Positions 59,713 through 64,000 of a stretch of DNA of 64,000 nt are shown here, piece after piece. The stretch lies in assembly GCA_001643675.2 (NCBI GenBank), contig LSRY02000021.1, positions 1,178,001 to 1,242,000 on the forward strand. Direction: 5' to 3'. Made by a program: the position numbers and the translations under genes. Positions within the stretch are counted from its first letter, which is position 1, and every line of letters starts with the position of its first letter. The notes under the pieces were generated by a model. The model was not told where the DNA came from, searched no databases, and saw only the letters and a program-made list of their open reading frames with translations. This stretch comes from Monocercomonoides exilis PA203. Taxonomy: Eukaryota > Protista > Preaxostyla.

Positions 59713-61639
59713 CTCCTATAATTTCATTTTTTTAAAGAAAAAATGAACATGAATGACATGTCATTTTACCGTTTTTATCGAATAAGCATATATTTGGATA
59801 GAAGAAGTTTATGATAGATAAAAACTCAAAATGCCTTTAAAAATGTGCGTTCATACTGCATTTTTAAGCATTTATGTTTTTTACAAAGGATTATGGAGAA
59901 AACAACGCTTTATTATTAATCTTTATTTGTAATGGATTCAATGATCTTCAGATTTGAAAGAACGGAATTATCCATTCACAGAATGAGAAAACCGTGAGTG
60001 AACATTACCTGCCGAACAAGAAAAATTATTTCCTGTGATAACAACAAGAAATAGTGGAATACAATATTTTTGGAATTTTGCCTGATGATTTTAGTCAATT
60101 AGATGGCCAAGGGGAATGCAACAATTTCATCAATAACACAAAAAGGCATAATGTATGTAATTTTTATTGTTCAATTGATTGTGAAGATATTTCCGTCTGT
60201 ATCCTTTCGAAAGTGCAGGAATATGAGTTATTGTTGAAATGGCCAATCTCCGCTTTGGAGAGCAATACGATGAGAATGGAGCAGATTATTATATAGCCAT
60301 TGGGAAATAAATGAAGTTATGCAAGATGCATGATATTCATTTGGAACAAGAGATGAAAACAAATTCTACTGAAGTTTTATTGAATGAAGATTTATGGATG
60401 GAATTCTGTGAAGGACAAAATCTGCACAATGTTACATAGCATTTGGGAGCATAAGGCAGTGGAACAGTTTGTGGTATTTTTTTGGCAAGGAAAGTGGCTG
60501 GCAATATCAAGTGAAAGATATAATCACAAAAAATAGCAACAATTCAATGGAAAAAAGGAGAACCCCAAAATGTCAATTTTATTTTCAAAGTTCTCATGTT
60601 TCTGTGAATGCGCCAGGCAGACATGGAAAGCTACGAAATTCTATTTCTGATTCCGCTTTTGCTTCAAAAGAGTGGAGAAATGGCATCGAAGATACAAACA
60701 TATAATCGAATATTTGTTGGCAATCGAACAACATTCTGCCCGATTGCATCTGGATTTCATTCTTCGAAGGAACAGCCATTTTGAGTAAAAAAAAAAAAAA
60801 AAAGAAGAAGAAGAAGAAGAAGAAGAAGAAGAAATTATCATTCGAAGTTTGTTTTCAACGACGACTACAACAACAACATCCTCATCATCTTATCCCTCCC
60901 TCCTCCTCTCTTCCAAAAAAGCGGCTGTGAATGGCTGCTGACACCAAATGAAACATGCTCCACATTCAACCCAAATCGACTAGCTGTTAAGCAGCCCTGC
61001 AAACACTCCCAGAACCGTCATCTTCATTCAGACGAACATTTCGCTCAGTCAACTCGCCGAAGGAGAAGGGAGAAGATGAAAGAGAATGAAAAGGATGTGA
61101 TGGTGTTGGTGAAGGTGCTAGGTGAAGAAGAATTGGAAGATGAAGATGATGATGGAAAAAATGAGATAGAAGTGGAATGATATTAATAAAAGAGAAAGAA
61201 AGAAAGAAAGAAAGAAAGATGATGAAAATGAAATGAAAGAAATTGAATAAAATGGAATGAAGTTGAATGAAATCATATCCATTTGCAAATTGTGGAAGGA
61301 AAAGCCAACCAACAACATAATGAAGCTGGCTCAATGAAGTTTATTCTTTTTATTCTTCATCTTCTTTTTGTTAGTTTGTCTTCTTCTGGTGAATGTGAAT
61401 ATCTTCTTCATTCGCCCACTCATTTTCTAATTCCTCTCATTCCTCTCCTTTTCTTCTGGTTGTTGAAGAAAGTCAAATAATTATTTTTTTTTTTCACTTA
61501 ATTTCTATCCCTCTTTCTCTTTTCATTCCAAGCACATCTCCCAATTTTCATCTTTAAATTCATCCAATTATTCGTTCTTCCTTGACTTTTACTTTTTGCA
61601 ATAAAATACAAAAAATACAAAAATTCAATAAAATTATCC

Positions 61640-61917
61640 ATATGGGACAAAATATTTGACTTCAGGCATTTACATTGATAAATTATGCATTTTTCATTGA
61701 CTTTTTTGTAATCAAAAATTTAGAAAAAAAATGGGTTTATTTTTTGAAATACATGTGAAGTCACAAAACATTTTGTGATCACAACCATGATGTTTGTTTA
61801 CAGTTATGAAAATCAAAATTATTTTGTAATCTGGTAAAGTTTAATAATGTAATAAGTCAAAGAATTTTTTGGTGCATTGTGCATTAAAAGCTTGAAAGTC
61901 CATATTTTCCCCCATAT
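61640..61917. mobile_element. MITE M280, second copy
   Basis: Reverse-complement homology to 33534-33810 along its length. Confidence 0.75.
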
Positions 61918-62157
61918 GGGTAAATTTTTTTGAAAAGTTCCTTTCGTTTAATTTTCAAATACAGAAAAAATTTCATATTTTTTTCAAATTTCTGTTCTCT
62001 CTCTTGAAACTTAACAAAAATGGAAATAATGACACTCACAAGTTTTTTCTTTCATGACAGTGAAATTTGATGAATGGTAACAGAAATGTGATCGAAATAT
62101 GAAATTTTTATCTAATTTGAAAATTAAACAAAAGGAACTTTGCAAAAAAATTTAGAC
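61918..62157. mobile_element. MITE M240, second copy (240 bp)
   Basis: Same TIR family and length as 32151-32390; ATAT duplicated at 61914-61917 and 62158-62161. Confidence 0.85.
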
Positions 62158-62504
62158 ATATAGCCTTTCAAACCAATTTTGAATCCCTTTCCAATTTTAA
62201 TTCAAATGTTGATATCTGTTTCTCCAGAAAAACAATATTAATCAAAATATTCTCTTCATTCTTTCCATTTTCAACAGCAACAGAAAATTTTCAACAAATC
62301 TTATCTGCATTTTTTCAACTATCGTATAGGGAGAATCCAAACTTTTGTAAAAAATTCAAGACAATTTTTTTTTCCTATTCAATTGCATCAAATCGATCCA
62401 AACTTAGTGAATGCTTCTCCAAACATCCACCTGTCAAAAGTTATTCCATTATTTTCATCGGTGCAGAAGGTCATGACACTCAATGGCTCAACTCTAAATT
62501 AAAT

Positions 62505-62640
62505 GTCTATTTTTTTTTTTTGAAAAGTTTCTTTTGTTTGATTTTCAAATAGAATAAAAATTACTTATTTCGAACAAATATCTGTTTCCACTCACCAAAT
62601 TTCTCTGTCACGAAAACAAAAATCTCGAATGATATTCATT
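62505..62640. mobile_element. MITE M240, truncated third copy
   Basis: Homologous to the left half of 32151-32390. Confidence 0.7.
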
Positions 62641-62654
62641 TCTAAGAGAATTGT

Positions 62655-62881
62655 ATTTTCCTCAAAATATATCTCACCAATACAAACTCATTTGAAAAAC
62701 AATACTTCACTTCAGCTTTATTTGTGCTCAGAAAAAATTAATTTTTTAAAATCTCGGAGAAATAGGATTTTGAGTTTCTCCGAGATTTAAATAATATTTT
62801 ATTCTGAGCACAAATGAAACTCCTATGAAAGTTTCGTTTATCAGTTGAGTTTGTATTGGTGAGATATATTTTGAGGAAAAT
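62655..62881. mobile_element. Hairpin MITE-like palindrome (~227 bp)
   Basis: Perfect outer IR ATTTTCCTCAAAATATATCTCACCAATACAAACTCA with inner IRs GTGCTCAGAA and AAATCTCGGAGAAA. Confidence 0.75.
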
Positions 62882-63051
62882 CAACAGGATTATTCCTCTT
62901 GCGGTTATTGAGATATCGATCTTGTCCGGTATTTTGTGCGATGTCCGGTATTTTGTGCGATATCCGTATTTAAGTGAAATTTATAAACCGAAAATTATAA
63001 ATGAAAAAATTTGTTTTCAAAAATAATCACCCGCTTTGAATTATATTTGGC

Positions 63052-63563
63052 GTAACAATTCTTATTATAATGAAAAAATCAAAATTTCAAATTTGATGCT
63101 CTTGCTTTCAATATGTGTTTTTTTGACAGGAAATGTTAGTTGATATTTTTTTGTTACAATTTGTCATTGACAGTCATAGACCTTCAATGACAAAAGGAGT
63201 ATTGATTGATATTTCAGATGCAATCAACGAATATTTTCCAAAGTGCTTAATAAATCTTAAAAAGTTTTTTTTATCGTTGATTGAATTTATTTTTATTTTT
63301 ATTTTTATTTTTATTTTTATTTTTATTTTTATTTTTATTTTTATTTTTATTTTTATTTTTATTTTTATTTTTATTTTTATTTTTATTTTTATTTTTATTT
63401 TTATTTTTATTTTTATTTTTATTTTTATTTTTATTTTTATTTTTATTTTTATTTTTATTTTTATTTTTATTTTTATTTTTATTTTTATTTTTATTTTTAT
63501 TTTTATTTCAATTTAGTAATTTTTAGTGACAGACATATGATATTATTACTTGTCATGTCACCG
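63052..63563. mobile_element. Partial second copy of the 35412-35976 element, with a (TTTTTA)n microsatellite
   Basis: Shared GACCTTCAATGACAAAAGGAGTAT...CAACGAATATTTTCCAAAGTGCTT; end CTTGTCATGTCACCG mirrors CTGTGACATGACAAG. Confidence 0.75.
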
Positions 63564-64000
63564 AAGAATAATTTTTCTGTGGAATAAATTGCAAATGATG
63601 CAAAATCGTATTTGTTTGAACTTTGTTTCTCACTGATTTATACAATATTTATTTCATTTTTCTATAATTTTTGTTCTGCATTTTTTTGTCACATTACATC
63701 AGACTTATTGTGAATATGATAAAAGAAAAGGTTTGAAAATAATTGTTGTTTTTTCACAAATGCAAAAATAATGTGCCAAATAAAAGACAACGTTTCCATT
63801 AAGCGATGTTTTTCAAAAATACAACGATTCGTGGTTGCTTCATAACAGAAAAATATAAATAATAATTGGGTGATTATTTTTGTAATCATATATTTTCATT
63901 CAAAAATTTCGGTTCAAAAATTTCCCTTAAATATAAATTTATGATCATTGAAAAGTGAAAAGACTGATAAAAGACATCTTCATCTTTATATGGGTGATTT

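Noticed and set aside
63133-63526. FIFIFI and LFLFLF ORFs (also the FCFVL ORF at 35757-35981)
   Set aside because: Microsatellite artefacts

Overview
AT-rich eukaryotic DNA with short spliceosomal introns and the standard genetic code. The gene families and Ser-rich low-complexity inserts look like an oxymonad/metamonad such as Monocercomonoides (inference, not checked). Apparently intact genes: a ~2600-aa single-pass receptor with a degenerate kinase domain, a 4-exon ankyrin gene, a ~3300-aa leucyl-tRNA synthetase paralogue, a protein of 14 tandem 30-aa Trp/Met-rich repeats, and one member of a three-copy helical family. The LeuRS paralogue keeps the full scaffold, but its HIGH motif, KMSKS motif and editing Asp are all replaced, so it is a candidate pseudo-synthetase and the top finding. 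The rest is largely mobile or decayed DNA: a Harbinger-type transposase pseudogene, three pogo-like DD35D elements, several MITEs, a 1.9-kb foldback element with a TA duplication, and a 6.9-kb palindrome carrying two mosaic surface-protein gene copies. A ~19-bp periodic motif architecture recurs at element ends. All alignments were made by eye from recalled family consensus; no searches were run.
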